Part shown: piece after piece, positions 46,909 through 56,497 of the stretch | How the letters are laid out: the number at the start of each line of letters is the position of its first letter | How positions within the stretch are numbered: the first letter of the stretch is position 1 | Source of the DNA: Deltaproteobacteria bacterium | GTDB lineage: Bacteria; Desulfobacterota; GWC2-55-46 | Assembly (NCBI GenBank): GCA_015075075.1 | Contig: JABTVA010000008.1 | Coordinates: 50,215 to 114,214 of the forward strand | Reading direction: 5' to 3' | Length of the DNA: 64,000 nt | Program-made: the position numbers and the translations under genes | The notes under the pieces: model-generated | Told to the model about the DNA's origin: nothing | The model's database searches: none | What the model saw: only the letters and a program-made list of their open reading frames with translations

Positions 46909-47625
46909 ATGCTCCTCGGCGAGTTGACGATGAAGGAATTCAAGAGGCTTGTGCCCAAGGCGACCCTTGTCGTGCCGTTCGGCACGATCGAGGCCCACGG
47001 CACGCACCTCCCGTTGAATACAGATACGCTCATAATACGCGAGACGGTGCGGAAGGTCGCTTCCGAAAGAAAGGACGTGATAATGGCGCCGCCTCTCCAG
47101 TACGGCGTCTGCACCTCGACAGCGGAGCACCCCGGCACGATCGGGATAAGCGCGCCGACCCTGAGGGCGTTCGTGACGGATACGGTACGTGGCGCCTATG
47201 AGCAGGGGTTCAGGAAGATGATCCTCGTCTCCGGTCACGGCGGCGGGATCCATGTGTCTGCCATGAAGGAGGCTTCCGAGGGGCTCGTAAAGGAGCTTCC
47301 CGGTTTGAGGCTTGCCGCCTTCTCGATATACGAGGTCCTCGGAAAGGAAGCGGGCGAGATAGCCGAGACAAGGAACGACTCCCATGCGGGCGAGATGGAG
47401 ACCTCCCTCATGCTCCACCTCGCGCCGGGACTCGTAAACGGCAGGGCAAAAGAAGAGTACCCGGCGTTCCCGAAGCCCCTTGTCGTAAAAGACAAGCTCA
47501 AATACTGGCCAGGCGCGGTCTGGGGAAACCCGGCAAAGGCGACAAAGGAAAAAGGCGAGAGGCTATTCAGGCTCATGACCGGAAGACTCGAAGAGGCGAT
47601 ACGGGCAGTTGAGCGGGCGCGCTGA
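46909..47625 (+). CDS. Creatininase-family amidohydrolase
   Basis: Metal-binding motifs 'GTIEAHGTHLPLNTD' and 'SGHGGG...HAGEMETS'. RBS GAAGGAGG. Confidence 0.7.
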   Translation: MLLGELTMKEFKRLVPKATLVVPFGTIEAHGTHLPLNTDTLIIRETVRKVASERKDVIMAPPLQYGVCTSTAEHPGTIGISAPTLRAFVTDTVRGAYEQGFRKMILVSGHGGGIHVSAMKEASEGLVKELPGLRLAAFSIYEVLGKEAGEIAETRNDSHAGEMETSLMLHLAPGLVNGRAKEEYPAFPKPLVVKDKLKYWPGAVWGNPAKATKEKGERLFRLMTGRLEEAIRAVERAR

Positions 47626-48674
47626 TGAAAGGGCCGGGATAGCCGTATTCGCGGTGACCCAAAGGGGGCTTAAGGTCTCCAAGAGGCTTGAAGCCGCCCT
47701 TAACGGCGTCAAGGTCTTTTCACCGGAAGAGCTCAAGGACAAGGGCTTGAGGAAAATGGCCGCTTTTGCCTTCAAGCGCTCCGGGGCGCTCGTCTTCGTC
47801 TCTGCGGCGGGCATTGCGATAAGGGCCATAGCCCCGCTCGTCAAGGCCAAGCACCTCGACCCCGCGGTCGTGGTCGTCGACGAGCGGGCGCGTTTCTCAA
47901 TAAGCCTCCTTTCCGGCCACCTCGGCGGCGCCAACAGGCTCGCAGCGGAAATAGCCGCCGCGATCAGGGCGACTCCGGTCATAACGACGGCGACCGAGCT
48001 ATGGGGCCTCCCCTCGGCAGAGGATATCGCGGGGGCCTTCTCGCTCTCGATCGAAAACCCGGGCGGCATAAAGGCCGTAAACTCCGCCATACTGGGAGGC
48101 AGGACCGTCCATGTGGTGGATACCGACATGGCCCGGCTCAAGGCCATTAAGAAGCGGTTCGGGAAGGGCGGTTTCAAATTCACGAAGGGCGCGCCCCGGC
48201 GGCTAAAAGAGGGCGAGGCAATAATACGCGTAACGAGCGGGGCCCGGAAAAACTCCGGTCCGGAAGCAAGGCGTACCCTGATATTTAGGCCCAGGGATGT
48301 CGTCGCGGGCATAGGCTGCGTGAAAGGGCGTCCCTAAAGAGGAATTGAAAAGCCTCAGGGCCGCTCTGAGGAAAGTCGGTATATCGCCGCTTTCGATAAA
48401 GGGCTTCGCTACGATAGAGCTTAAGAGGGGCGAAAAGGGGATAACGGCGCTCGCCAAGGAGATGCGGGTAAGCGTTGAGTATTTCGGGAGCGCGCGGCTT
48501 AAAAAGGTAAAAACCCCTTCTCCGCGCTCCGTTTTCGTAAAAAAGATAACAGGCACGTGGGGGGTGGCCGAGCCTGCCGCCCTCATCTCATCAGGGGCAA
48601 AGGAGCTATGCTTAAGGAAGATAAAGCGCGGCAGGGTGACGGTGGCGCTGGCAAGGGCGCCGTTTACATCATAG
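47609..48674 (+). CDS. cbiG: Cobalt-precorrin-5A hydrolase CbiG, split by an apparent +1 frameshift near 48330
   Basis: N-terminal and middle CbiG domains in 47609-48337 ('...GIGCVKGRP*'). The C-terminal domain continues in another frame at 48345-48674 ('...EELKSLRAALRKVGISPLSIKGFATIELK...'). Confidence 0.65.
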
Positions 48675-49411
48675 GCATAGGGCCGGGAGGGCCCGGGCAC
48701 CTTACCGGAAGGGCCCTTGAGATGATCGAGGCCGCCGACTGCGTCGTAGGCTATACGAGATATGTCGGCCTCATTAAACACCTCACAGAGGGGAAGAAGG
48801 TCTTCTCAACGGGCATGACCCATGAGGTCGAGCGCTGCGCCCAGGCGATCGAGTTCGCCAGGGAAGGGAAGAAGGTGGCGGTCGTCTCCTCGGGCGACGC
48901 GGGCATATACGGGATGGCGGGGCTCGTATTCGAGCTCCTTGCCGCTTCGGGAAACGAGGAGATGGAGATAGAGGTAGTCCCTGGAGTCCCGGCCTTTGTC
49001 GCGGCGTCGGCCCTTTTAGGCGCGCCCCTCATGCACGACTTCGCGTCCATCTCGCTTTCAGACCTTCTTACTGACTGGAAGGTCATAGAGGAAAGGCTCG
49101 ATGCGGCTGCCCGGGCCGACTTCGTCCTCGTGCTCTATAACCCGAAGAGCTCTAAAAGGGTCGAGGGCCTCGGCAAGGCCCTTTCCATCATAGGACGCCA
49201 CAGGAAGGGCTCGACCCCGGTCGGGATCGTCCGTAACGCCTCGCGCGCCGACGAAGACGCGGTTTTGACTACCCTTGATAACGTCAGCGCCCTATACGAC
49301 AGGATAGACATGCTTACCATCCTCATAATAGGGAATTCATCCACCTTCTTAGCGCTGGGGAGGATGGTTACGCCGCGCGGCTACAGGCTCCAGGGAGGGG
49401 CCGGGGGCTGA
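48608..49411 (+). CDS. cbiH: Cobalt-factor III / precorrin-3B C17-methyltransferase
   Basis: 'VYIIGIGPGGPGHLTGRALEMIEAADCVVGY' methylase signature. The start is uncertain (ATG 48608 or a downstream GTG). Confidence 0.8.
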   Translation: MLKEDKARQGDGGAGKGAVYIIGIGPGGPGHLTGRALEMIEAADCVVGYTRYVGLIKHLTEGKKVFSTGMTHEVERCAQAIEFAREGKKVAVVSSGDAGIYGMAGLVFELLAASGNEEMEIEVVPGVPAFVAASALLGAPLMHDFASISLSDLLTDWKVIEERLDAAARADFVLVLYNPKSSKRVEGLGKALSIIGRHRKGSTPVGIVRNASRADEDAVLTTLDNVSALYDRIDMLTILIIGNSSTFLALGRMVTPRGYRLQGGAGG

Positions 49412-50583
49412 TGCCGCTTTTCGACCGGGTAATCATTATAGTGTTCGACGGCCTGGGAATGGCGAGCTCCCTGACGCGAAGGCGCAGGCGACGAAGGCCC
49501 CATACGCTCGACAACACCTCCCGCGCGGTCAACGGGCTCAAGGCGCCTGTTCTCGCATCGCTCGGCCTCGGGCACATCGAGGGCGTAAGCGAGATACCGC
49601 GCGTTGAGAGGCCTGCCGCCTCCTTTGGCCGGATGCGCGAGGCCTCGCCCGGGAAGGACACCGCGACCGGACACTGGGAGATGGCGGGGGTCGTGCTCGA
49701 TAAGCCCTTCCCGGTATTCCCCCAGGGCTTCCCGCCCGAGATAATGGAATCGTTTACGAACGAGACCGGCTGGGGCTGGCTCTGGGGCAAGACCGCCTCG
49801 GGCACCGACATTATCGAGCGCTTCGGCGAGGAGCACCTTAGGACCCGCAAACTCATAGTCTACACCTCGGCTGACAGCGTCTTCCAGATAGCCGCCCACG
49901 ATAGCGTGCTGCCCGTGGAAGGACTATACAGGGTATGCGAAAAGACGAGGCTCATTGCTGACTCCTACAATATCGGGCGCGTCATAGCGCGCCCGTTCAC
50001 CGGTCCGCCCGGGGCCTTCACAAGGCTCCCGGCAAGGAAGGACTTTTCGGTCCCGCCGCCGCACGAGACCCTCCTCGACAACATAGCCGAAGCAGGGCTC
50101 GATGTGACGGGCATCGGAAAGATCGGCGACATATTCGTCCACAAAGGCATAACCAGCGAGGTCCACACATCGAGCAACGACGACGGCATGGACAGGACCA
50201 TCGAGGCGATGGAGCGGAAGTCGCGCGGGCTCGTATTCACGAACCTCGTGGACTTCGATACCTACTACGGCCACAGGAACGACGCCAACGGGTTCGCGGA
50301 GGCCCTGGGCCGCATGGATGCCCGCCTCCCTGAGATAATGGAAAGGCTCGGCCCCCGCGATGTGCTTTTCATTACCGGGGACCACGGCTGCGACCCCACG
50401 ACCCCCTCGACCGACCATTCAAGGGAGCATGTACCGCTACTCGTATACGGCGATGCGGTCCGGCCCGGAGTTGACCTCGGCACAAGGCAGACATTCGCAG
50501 ACCTGGGTGCGACGATCGCCTCCGCGCTCGGGGTAAGAGCCCCCAGGAACGGAATTTCTTTCCTCGACCATATCCTCAAGTAG
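49411..50583 (+). CDS. deoB: Phosphopentomutase, with a local frame disruption at ~49455-49500
   Basis: 'TGHWEMAG' and 'ITGDHGCDPT' signatures. The aberrant 'SSLTRRRRRRRP' stretch is replaced by DeoB-like 'GELPDAKA...' in the +2 frame. Confidence 0.8.
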   Translation: MPLFDRVIIIVFDGLGMASSLTRRRRRRRPHTLDNTSRAVNGLKAPVLASLGLGHIEGVSEIPRVERPAASFGRMREASPGKDTATGHWEMAGVVLDKPFPVFPQGFPPEIMESFTNETGWGWLWGKTASGTDIIERFGEEHLRTRKLIVYTSADSVFQIAAHDSVLPVEGLYRVCEKTRLIADSYNIGRVIARPFTGPPGAFTRLPARKDFSVPPPHETLLDNIAEAGLDVTGIGKIGDIFVHKGITSEVHTSSNDDGMDRTIEAMERKSRGLVFTNLVDFDTYYGHRNDANGFAEALGRMDARLPEIMERLGPRDVLFITGDHGCDPTTPSTDHSREHVPLLVYGDAVRPGVDLGTRQTFADLGATIASALGVRAPRNGISFLDHILK

Positions 50584-50722
50584 CTGTTCTTATTATATTT
50601 TTAAACCTGCAGGCACAACCATCCCGTTTTTCCTGAGACTTCCCTTGATTTTTTTACGATATGGTACTAAGCTATGTGACTCGCTATAGCATATGCTTGG
50701 GCCTAAGGGGGGATGGCTGGAT

Positions 50723-51166
50723 ATGGGTCCTGATGATATCAAGCGTTTGCGGTATTTATTCGGGTGGTCGCAGGAGAGGCTGGCGCGGGAGCTGGGGGTC
50801 AGCTTCTCGACGGTTAACAGGTGGGAGAAGGGCAGGTCAAGGCCGAGCCCGCTGGCAATAAGCACATTGGCAACTCTGGGTGCGGGCTTCTCGGTGAACA
50901 AGAGGTCGTCACCGAGGTTCGCCTCCGGGCTTCCGCTGGATTTTAGAATAGCGGGCCATGCGGTCTCTTTCAGCTCGGTAATCGAGAACATAAGCTCAGG
51001 GGGGCTCATGTTCAATACCGCCGAGGAGCTTGGCCCGGGAGACCTGCTGACCCTCGGGTTCAGCCCGGACAGCGGCCCGCAGAGGTTCCTCGATGCGGAT
51101 GTGGTCTGGGTAAGGGAAAACGGCGGGAGCAGGCGCGTCGGGGTGCGCTTCCACCCGGGGCTTTGA
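50723..51166 (+). CDS. XRE-family HTH fused to a PilZ domain (putative c-di-GMP-responsive regulator)
   Basis: HTH 'LRYLFGWSQERLARELGVSFSTVNRWEKGRSRPS'. PilZ motifs 'RSSPR' (RxxxR) and 'ENISSGG' (D/NxSxxG). Confidence 0.65.
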   Translation: MGPDDIKRLRYLFGWSQERLARELGVSFSTVNRWEKGRSRPSPLAISTLATLGAGFSVNKRSSPRFASGLPLDFRIAGHAVSFSSVIENISSGGLMFNTAEELGPGDLLTLGFSPDSGPQRFLDADVVWVRENGGSRRVGVRFHPGL

Positions 51167-51208
51167 TCCACTTCCTATAATTGTATTTCCATACAAAGGT
51201 AAACGAAG

Positions 51209-52585
51209 ATGTTGAAGGAAGGCAGCATCAGCCTCGACAGGCAGGGGCGCATAATAAGGTTCAGCAACAGCCTCGAGGAGATGCTCGGCTACTCGCCGGA
51301 CGAGGTGATGGGAAGGGAGTTCTCCATCTTTGTCCCGCCAGGAGCGGAATCCCCTGTAGAGGCCTTTCTCAGCGGCCCCGAGGAGGAGCCGCACCACGCG
51401 TCCAGGAAGACCGGCATACTCCGGAAGGACGGGACTCTCTCCGAGCCGTACATGTCAATACACCCTTTGAGGGACCGCACGGGCGCGCTCTATTCCGTCC
51501 TCCTTACGCTCTCTGTCAGGAAGAGCGGCCTTCCTGCCTTCCTTACCGAGGAGTTCAGGCGCATATTCAAGTTCTCCAACGACGGGGTCGCCATAACCGA
51601 CCGGGACGGCTCGATAATAGACGTAAACCCCGCTTTCCTCGAGACCTACGGCTATCAAAGGCACGAGGTCCTTGGAAAGAACCCGAGGATACTCAAGTCC
51701 TGCCATTCCACAAGGGACCTCTATGAGAGGATGTGGCAGGACATACTCGACCCCGCGAAAGGCTTCTGGAGGGGCGAGATAATCAACATGGCGCGGGACG
51801 GCTCCGAGGTGCCGGTGCTCCTTTCGATAAACGCGATAAAGGACGAGCACGGGGATATAAGGAACTTCCTCGGCATAACCTTCAACATGACGAGGGAGAA
51901 AAAGCTCGAGAAGCTCCGGAAGATGTACATCGACCATATCGTCCATGACATAAGGGGCCCTCTTACCTCGATATCCATAAATTCCGAGCTCCTACTCATG
52001 GGCCAGGAGCTTCCTGAAAAGGCCAGGAAGAAGCTGGACGTTATCCTCTCCTCGGCCCAGAGGATAGAGTCCATGACCTCCGACATACTCGATTTCAGCA
52101 GGGCCGAGAACGGGAAGCTCGTTTTGAGGAGGGAGGCCGTAATGCTCTCGGAAACAGTCAGGGACGCGGCCCTTCCTTTCGAGGGCTCGGGGAAGAAGCT
52201 CCTCGTCAATGGCGCGCCCATGTCCGACGGGGCCCTCGATTTCGAGGTCTTCGCGGACGAGGACAAGCTGAGGAGGGTCATATACAACCTCTTGAGCAAT
52301 GCCTTCAAGCACGCCTCCGAAATCGTGGACATCTCGGCCGAGGCCGGCGCCGAGGGCCTCAGGTTCACGGTCTGGAACGACGGGAGGGGCATTGCCCAGG
52401 AGGAGGCGGAAAGGATCTTCGACGCCTTCTTCCAGACCGCCGAAGGCGTAAAGACCGGCGGGGCAGGGCTGGGCCTTAGCATCGTCAAGAGCTTTGTAGA
52501 GGCCCACGGCGGAAGGGTCTGGGTCGAGGCCGGAAAAGAGAGGGGAGTTACCTTCGGCTTCACGATACCTTTAGCAGGATGTTGA
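51209..52585 (+). CDS. Cytoplasmic PAS-PAS sensor histidine kinase
   Basis: Two PAS segments, H-box 'HDIRGPLTSISINSELL', and N/G boxes 'YNLLSNAFKHA' and 'GGAGLGLSIVK'. No TM helices. Confidence 0.85.
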   Translation: MLKEGSISLDRQGRIIRFSNSLEEMLGYSPDEVMGREFSIFVPPGAESPVEAFLSGPEEEPHHASRKTGILRKDGTLSEPYMSIHPLRDRTGALYSVLLTLSVRKSGLPAFLTEEFRRIFKFSNDGVAITDRDGSIIDVNPAFLETYGYQRHEVLGKNPRILKSCHSTRDLYERMWQDILDPAKGFWRGEIINMARDGSEVPVLLSINAIKDEHGDIRNFLGITFNMTREKKLEKLRKMYIDHIVHDIRGPLTSISINSELLLMGQELPEKARKKLDVILSSAQRIESMTSDILDFSRAENGKLVLRREAVMLSETVRDAALPFEGSGKKLLVNGAPMSDGALDFEVFADEDKLRRVIYNLLSNAFKHASEIVDISAEAGAEGLRFTVWNDGRGIAQEEAERIFDAFFQTAEGVKTGGAGLGLSIVKSFVEAHGGRVWVEAGKERGVTFGFTIPLAGC

Positions 52586-52715
52586 AAAAGTCCTTCCTGG
52601 ACTTTTTCAACCACGGCTTGGCCGGAATGAATACGACCAAGCCTTGCAAATTGCCCGACTTGAATAGTCTTCGCAATTTGGCAAATCCATCCGTGGTTGC
52701 CTGACAGGATGTTTT
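52580..52715. repeat. Structured repeat element, family E (copy 2); supplies the TGA stop of the kinase gene
   Basis: About 85% identical to the copy at 15922, with the same nested inverted repeats. Confidence 0.75.
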
Positions 52716-52849
52716 TCGACACCCTGTTAGAGGGGGCGAGCTTAAGCGCGCCTTGACTCTTACGCATCCTCCGTGTTAACATTTTTTACCGAAGGGCCGG
52801 TTTCTCTCTCAATATAGGCCCCGGGTATTAGATTTCCTAAAATCAAATA

Positions 52850-53005
52850 GAAACGATCTCCGAGCCATCCTGCCTAAAGCCGGTCCTTTTCATGGCCGCG
52901 CAACGGGGGGTGGCCGATAGGGCCCTGCTGGAAACGGTTTGGCCTCCCCACTGGAAAGGAGATTGACAGTGCCAACCCCTTTCCGTGGCGGTTGGTTTTT
53001 TTTTG
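52850..53005 (+). promoter_or_regulatory. Molybdenum-cofactor (Moco) riboswitch-like leader with terminator
   Basis: 'CTCCGAGCCATCCTGCC..AAAGCCGG...GGAAACGG...GGCCTCCCCACTGGAAAGGAGA' matches hallmark blocks of the Moco RNA motif. It is followed by hairpin 'CCAACC...GGTTGG' plus T9, immediately upstream of modABC. Confidence 0.55.
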
Positions 53006-53023
53006 CTTACTGAGGGGCGTGCC

Positions 53024-53791
53024 ATGATGCTCAGGTCTGTATTACTTTCATTCCTTTTTTTAGCGCAAATAATATGCCCGTTTCCCTCTGTAGCCGGAGA
53101 CCGGCAGCTTACTGTCGCGGGCGCATCGGACCTGGCATTCGCCTTCAAGGAGATAGCCGCGCTGTTCGAGAAGGAGACGGGCTGGAAGGTGGTGCTCTCT
53201 ATGGGCTCGACCGGGATGCTCGCCAAGCAGATAGAGCACGGCGCGCCTTTCGATGCGTTTTTCGCCGCCAACAAGAGCTATATAGACGGCCTTGCAGATA
53301 AGGGGAAGGTCATATCCGAGACCGTCGGACTATACGCGAGAGGGAGGATAGTCCTCGCCGTTCGGAAGGGGTCGGAGATGAAGCCCGAGGGGCTTCAAGG
53401 CCTCGTCAGCGGTTCATACAGGATAGCCATCGCCAACCCGGACCACGCGCCTTATGGCAAGGCCGCGATGGAAGCCATGAAGGCCGCCGGTGTCTGGGAC
53501 AAGGTGAAAACCAGGCTCGTCTACGGAGAGAACATAAGGCAGGCCCTCCAGTTCGTCCAGTCAGGGAACGCCCCTGTCGGGGTAGTGGCGCTATCTGTCG
53601 CCGACGTGCCGGAGATAGACTACATTCTCATACCCGAAGAGCTGCATGCCCCCATAGACCAGGCCGCGGCAGTGGTGACCGCGTCGAAGAACGGGCAGGC
53701 TGCAAGGGACTTCATAAGGTTCGTCAACGGGCCCTGGGGCGCCCCGATAATGGAAAAATACGGGTTCATGCTTCCGGGGGTGCTTGAATAA
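53024..53791 (+). CDS. modA: Molybdate/tungstate ABC transporter periplasmic binding protein
   Basis: Signal peptide 'MMLRSVLLSFLFLAQII' and ModA-family motifs ('SMGSTG', 'ANPDHAPYG'). Start set at the ATG after the leader terminator. Confidence 0.8.
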   Translation: MMLRSVLLSFLFLAQIICPFPSVAGDRQLTVAGASDLAFAFKEIAALFEKETGWKVVLSMGSTGMLAKQIEHGAPFDAFFAANKSYIDGLADKGKVISETVGLYARGRIVLAVRKGSEMKPEGLQGLVSGSYRIAIANPDHAPYGKAAMEAMKAAGVWDKVKTRLVYGENIRQALQFVQSGNAPVGVVALSVADVPEIDYILIPEELHAPIDQAAAVVTASKNGQAARDFIRFVNGPWGAPIMEKYGFMLPGVLE

Positions 53792-54448
53792 GTGGATTTG
53801 TTCCCTTTATACATAACCGTAAAGGTCTCGCTCACGGCGACGGTAATAACCGTCGCCGTAGGCCTTGTTCTCGCCTGGGTCATGGCAAAGCGGGAATTTT
53901 TCGGTAAAAGCATCGTGGACGTAGTGATAATGCAGCCGCTCGTCATCCCGCCCACGGTTCTCGGCTACTACCTCCTTGTAGCCTTCGGGAAATCGAGCTG
54001 GTTAGGGCAGTTCCTCTCCGACGGATTGGGCATCGAGCTCGTCTTTACCTGGAAGGGGGCGGTCATCGCAGCCTTCATCTCGTCGCTTCCCCTTTTCGTC
54101 AAGCCCGCGAGGGCAGCGCTCGAAGGCGTGGGCTCGGAGCTCGAGGACGCGGCAAGGCTCCTCGGGAAGACCGAGCTGCAGGTCATAACGACCATAACCC
54201 TGCCGCTTGCGTGGCGGGGGCTATTCGCGGGCGCGGTCATGGCCTTTGCGCGCGCGACCGGCGAGTTCGGCGCGACCCTAATGATAGCGGGGAACATCCC
54301 GGGCCTTACCCAGACCTTGCCCATAGCCATATACGACGCGGTGCAGGCAGGGGACTACGCGACAGCCAACCTGCTCGTCGGCATAATAACGCTATTCTCC
54401 TTCACGGTCCTCTTCATAGCCGGGAGGTTCAGCCGGGTGAGGTTCTGA
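53792..54448 (+). CDS. modB: Molybdate ABC transporter permease
   Basis: EAA loop region 'ARATGEFGATLMIAGN', about 218 aa with 5 TM. Confidence 0.8.
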   Translation: MDLFPLYITVKVSLTATVITVAVGLVLAWVMAKREFFGKSIVDVVIMQPLVIPPTVLGYYLLVAFGKSSWLGQFLSDGLGIELVFTWKGAVIAAFISSLPLFVKPARAALEGVGSELEDAARLLGKTELQVITTITLPLAWRGLFAGAVMAFARATGEFGATLMIAGNIPGLTQTLPIAIYDAVQAGDYATANLLVGIITLFSFTVLFIAGRFSRVRF

Positions 54449-54449
54449 G

Positions 54450-55460
54450 ATGCTGGACATATCCCTGAGAAAAAGGCTCCCCGGCTTCAATGTGGAGGTG
54501 GACCTCTCCGTGGACGAGGAGCTCCTTGTGCTCTTCGGCCCGTCCGGCGCCGGAAAGAGCCTGGTACTCAAGATGATATCCGGCATCGTCGAGCCTGACG
54601 CGGGCCGGGTGGCTGTTGCCAACGAAACGCTCTTCGATTCGGGCATTGGCGTAAACCTCCCCATGAGGATGAGGAAGGTAGGGCACCTCTTCCAGGACTA
54701 CGCGCTTTTCCCGCACATGACCGTATCGGAGAACATAGCCTACGGCATAGGGGGCGGGAACAAGGACGAGGCCCGTAAGAAGGTAGGGGAGCTCATTACC
54801 GTGATGAGGCTTTCGGGGCTTGAAAAGAGGTACCCGCAGGAGCTTTCGGGCGGGCAGAAGCAGAGGACCGCCCTTGCGAGGACCCTTGCGGCAGGGCCCA
54901 GGGTACTCCTCCTTGACGAGCCCTTCTCGGCCCTCGATTATCAGGTCAGGGAAAAGCTCAGGGCCGACCTCCTCAATATCCACCGCATCTACCCGATTAC
55001 GACCGTACTCGTAACGCACGACCTCGAAGAGGCCTTCATGCTGGGCAAAAGGATAGCGGTCATAAATAACGGGACTATCGAGCAGGCCGGCACCCAGGAG
55101 GACGTCTTCTACAGGCCCCTTACGAGGAACGTGGCCCGGTTCATGGGCGTGCGTAATATCTTCTCAGGAAAAGTTGCCGCCCTGGAAGGGGCGCACCTCG
55201 TCATAGACAACCCGGACATAGGCATGGTCAAGGCCCCATTGCCGCCCGGCCCGGCCTTGAGCCCCGGGACTGAAGTCTCTTTCTGCATACGCCCCGAGGA
55301 GATACTCGTCATTAGGCCCGACAGGGTGCTCGGGAAGGTCCAGGACAACATACTGGAATGCATGATAACGGGCACTGTCGGCAGGGGCCTGACCACATAC
55401 TCTACCTGGACGGCAGGAGGGCAGTACCGCCAAAGGCGGAGCTTCCAATTTTGTGCTTAG
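54450..55460 (+). CDS. modC: Molybdate ABC transporter ATPase with C-terminal TOBE-like domain
   Basis: Walker A 'GPSGAGKS', signature 'LSGGQKQR', Walker B 'LLLDEPF'. The last ~25 aa may be frame-disturbed. Confidence 0.8.
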   Translation: MLDISLRKRLPGFNVEVDLSVDEELLVLFGPSGAGKSLVLKMISGIVEPDAGRVAVANETLFDSGIGVNLPMRMRKVGHLFQDYALFPHMTVSENIAYGIGGGNKDEARKKVGELITVMRLSGLEKRYPQELSGGQKQRTALARTLAAGPRVLLLDEPFSALDYQVREKLRADLLNIHRIYPITTVLVTHDLEEAFMLGKRIAVINNGTIEQAGTQEDVFYRPLTRNVARFMGVRNIFSGKVAALEGAHLVIDNPDIGMVKAPLPPGPALSPGTEVSFCIRPEEILVIRPDRVLGKVQDNILECMITGTVGRGLTTYSTWTAGGQYRQRRSFQFCA

Positions 55461-55543
55461 AAAACTTGGACGTGCGGCCAGCGTATCAGTTGTTGAAAAA
55501 GGAGAATATTTGGGTAATAAGATAAAACCCTGAAAAGGTTTCA

Positions 55544-56491
55544 ATGGACACACACCGGCACGACACTCACGGGCATGAGGTTGAAGCCGACTCCGGCCTC
55601 AAAAGGCGCCTCCTCGTATCCATAACGCTTACGAGCGTAATCTTCATTGCCGAGCTCATAGGCGGTTTCCTTACGAACTCGCTCGCCCTCATGACCGACG
55701 CGGCGCACGTCTTCATGGACGTCTTCGCGCTTTCGCTCTCCCTATTCGCCATATACATAGCCGAGCTTCCGCCGACCGAGAAAAGGACCTACGGCTTCCA
55801 CAGGGTCGAGGTCTTCGTGTCGTTCATAAATAGCTTCGTCCTCGTCCTCATAACCGCCTTCATCTTCTACAAGGGCTTCCTCCGGTTCTTCAACCCCGAG
55901 CCGGTCGAGAGCGCCGGGGTGCTCATCGTGGGCTCCATAGGCCTGGTCGTTAACCTGATGGTCGCGAAATGGCTGCACGGCCACGCAAAGTCCGACCTGA
56001 ACGTCAGGAGCGCCTTCATACACGTCGTGGGCGACGCTGCGGCCTCGGTGGGAGTCATAATCTCGGCTGTCGTAATATATTATACTGGATGGTATCCCAT
56101 CGACCCGCTCATAAGCATGGCCATCTGCGCGCTTATCATAAACGGGGCGGTTAAGATAATAAGGGAGTCCTCGCACATACTCCTTGAGGGTGTGCCGAGG
56201 GAGATAGATTTCGGGAGGGTCAGGGACGACATACTCTCGCCCGAGGGCGTAACAGGCGTGCACAGCCTGCACATCTGGTCAATATGCCACAACGTCTACG
56301 CCCTTAGCGCGCACGTGGACATAATCCCGACCCAGAGGTGGAGGATGGGGGAGATATTCAGCGAGATAAACGAGAAGCTCGCGCATGACCACCATATCTT
56401 CTACACCACCCTGCAGGCCGAATGCTCAGGATGCGAGCCGAATGACATATTCCGGAAGATAGCCCACAGGGGGCGCGGACACCTGCATTGA
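55544..56491 (+). CDS. Cation diffusion facilitator family transporter (CzcD/ZitB-like)
   Basis: N-terminal His-rich 'HRHDTHGHE', about 6 TM with 'HVFMD' and 'HVVGD' metal sites, and a C-terminal cytoplasmic domain. Confidence 0.8.
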   Translation: MDTHRHDTHGHEVEADSGLKRRLLVSITLTSVIFIAELIGGFLTNSLALMTDAAHVFMDVFALSLSLFAIYIAELPPTEKRTYGFHRVEVFVSFINSFVLVLITAFIFYKGFLRFFNPEPVESAGVLIVGSIGLVVNLMVAKWLHGHAKSDLNVRSAFIHVVGDAAASVGVIISAVVIYYTGWYPIDPLISMAICALIINGAVKIIRESSHILLEGVPREIDFGRVRDDILSPEGVTGVHSLHIWSICHNVYALSAHVDIIPTQRWRMGEIFSEINEKLAHDHHIFYTTLQAECSGCEPNDIFRKIAHRGRGHLH

Positions 56492-56497
56492 CGTGCG

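Noticed and set aside
49455-49500. Poly-arginine run 'RRRRRRR' in DeoB, possibly a genuine cationic insertion
   Set aside because: The neighbouring frame gives DeoB-consensus 'GELPDAKA...'. The run is an artefact of two nearby homopolymer indels.
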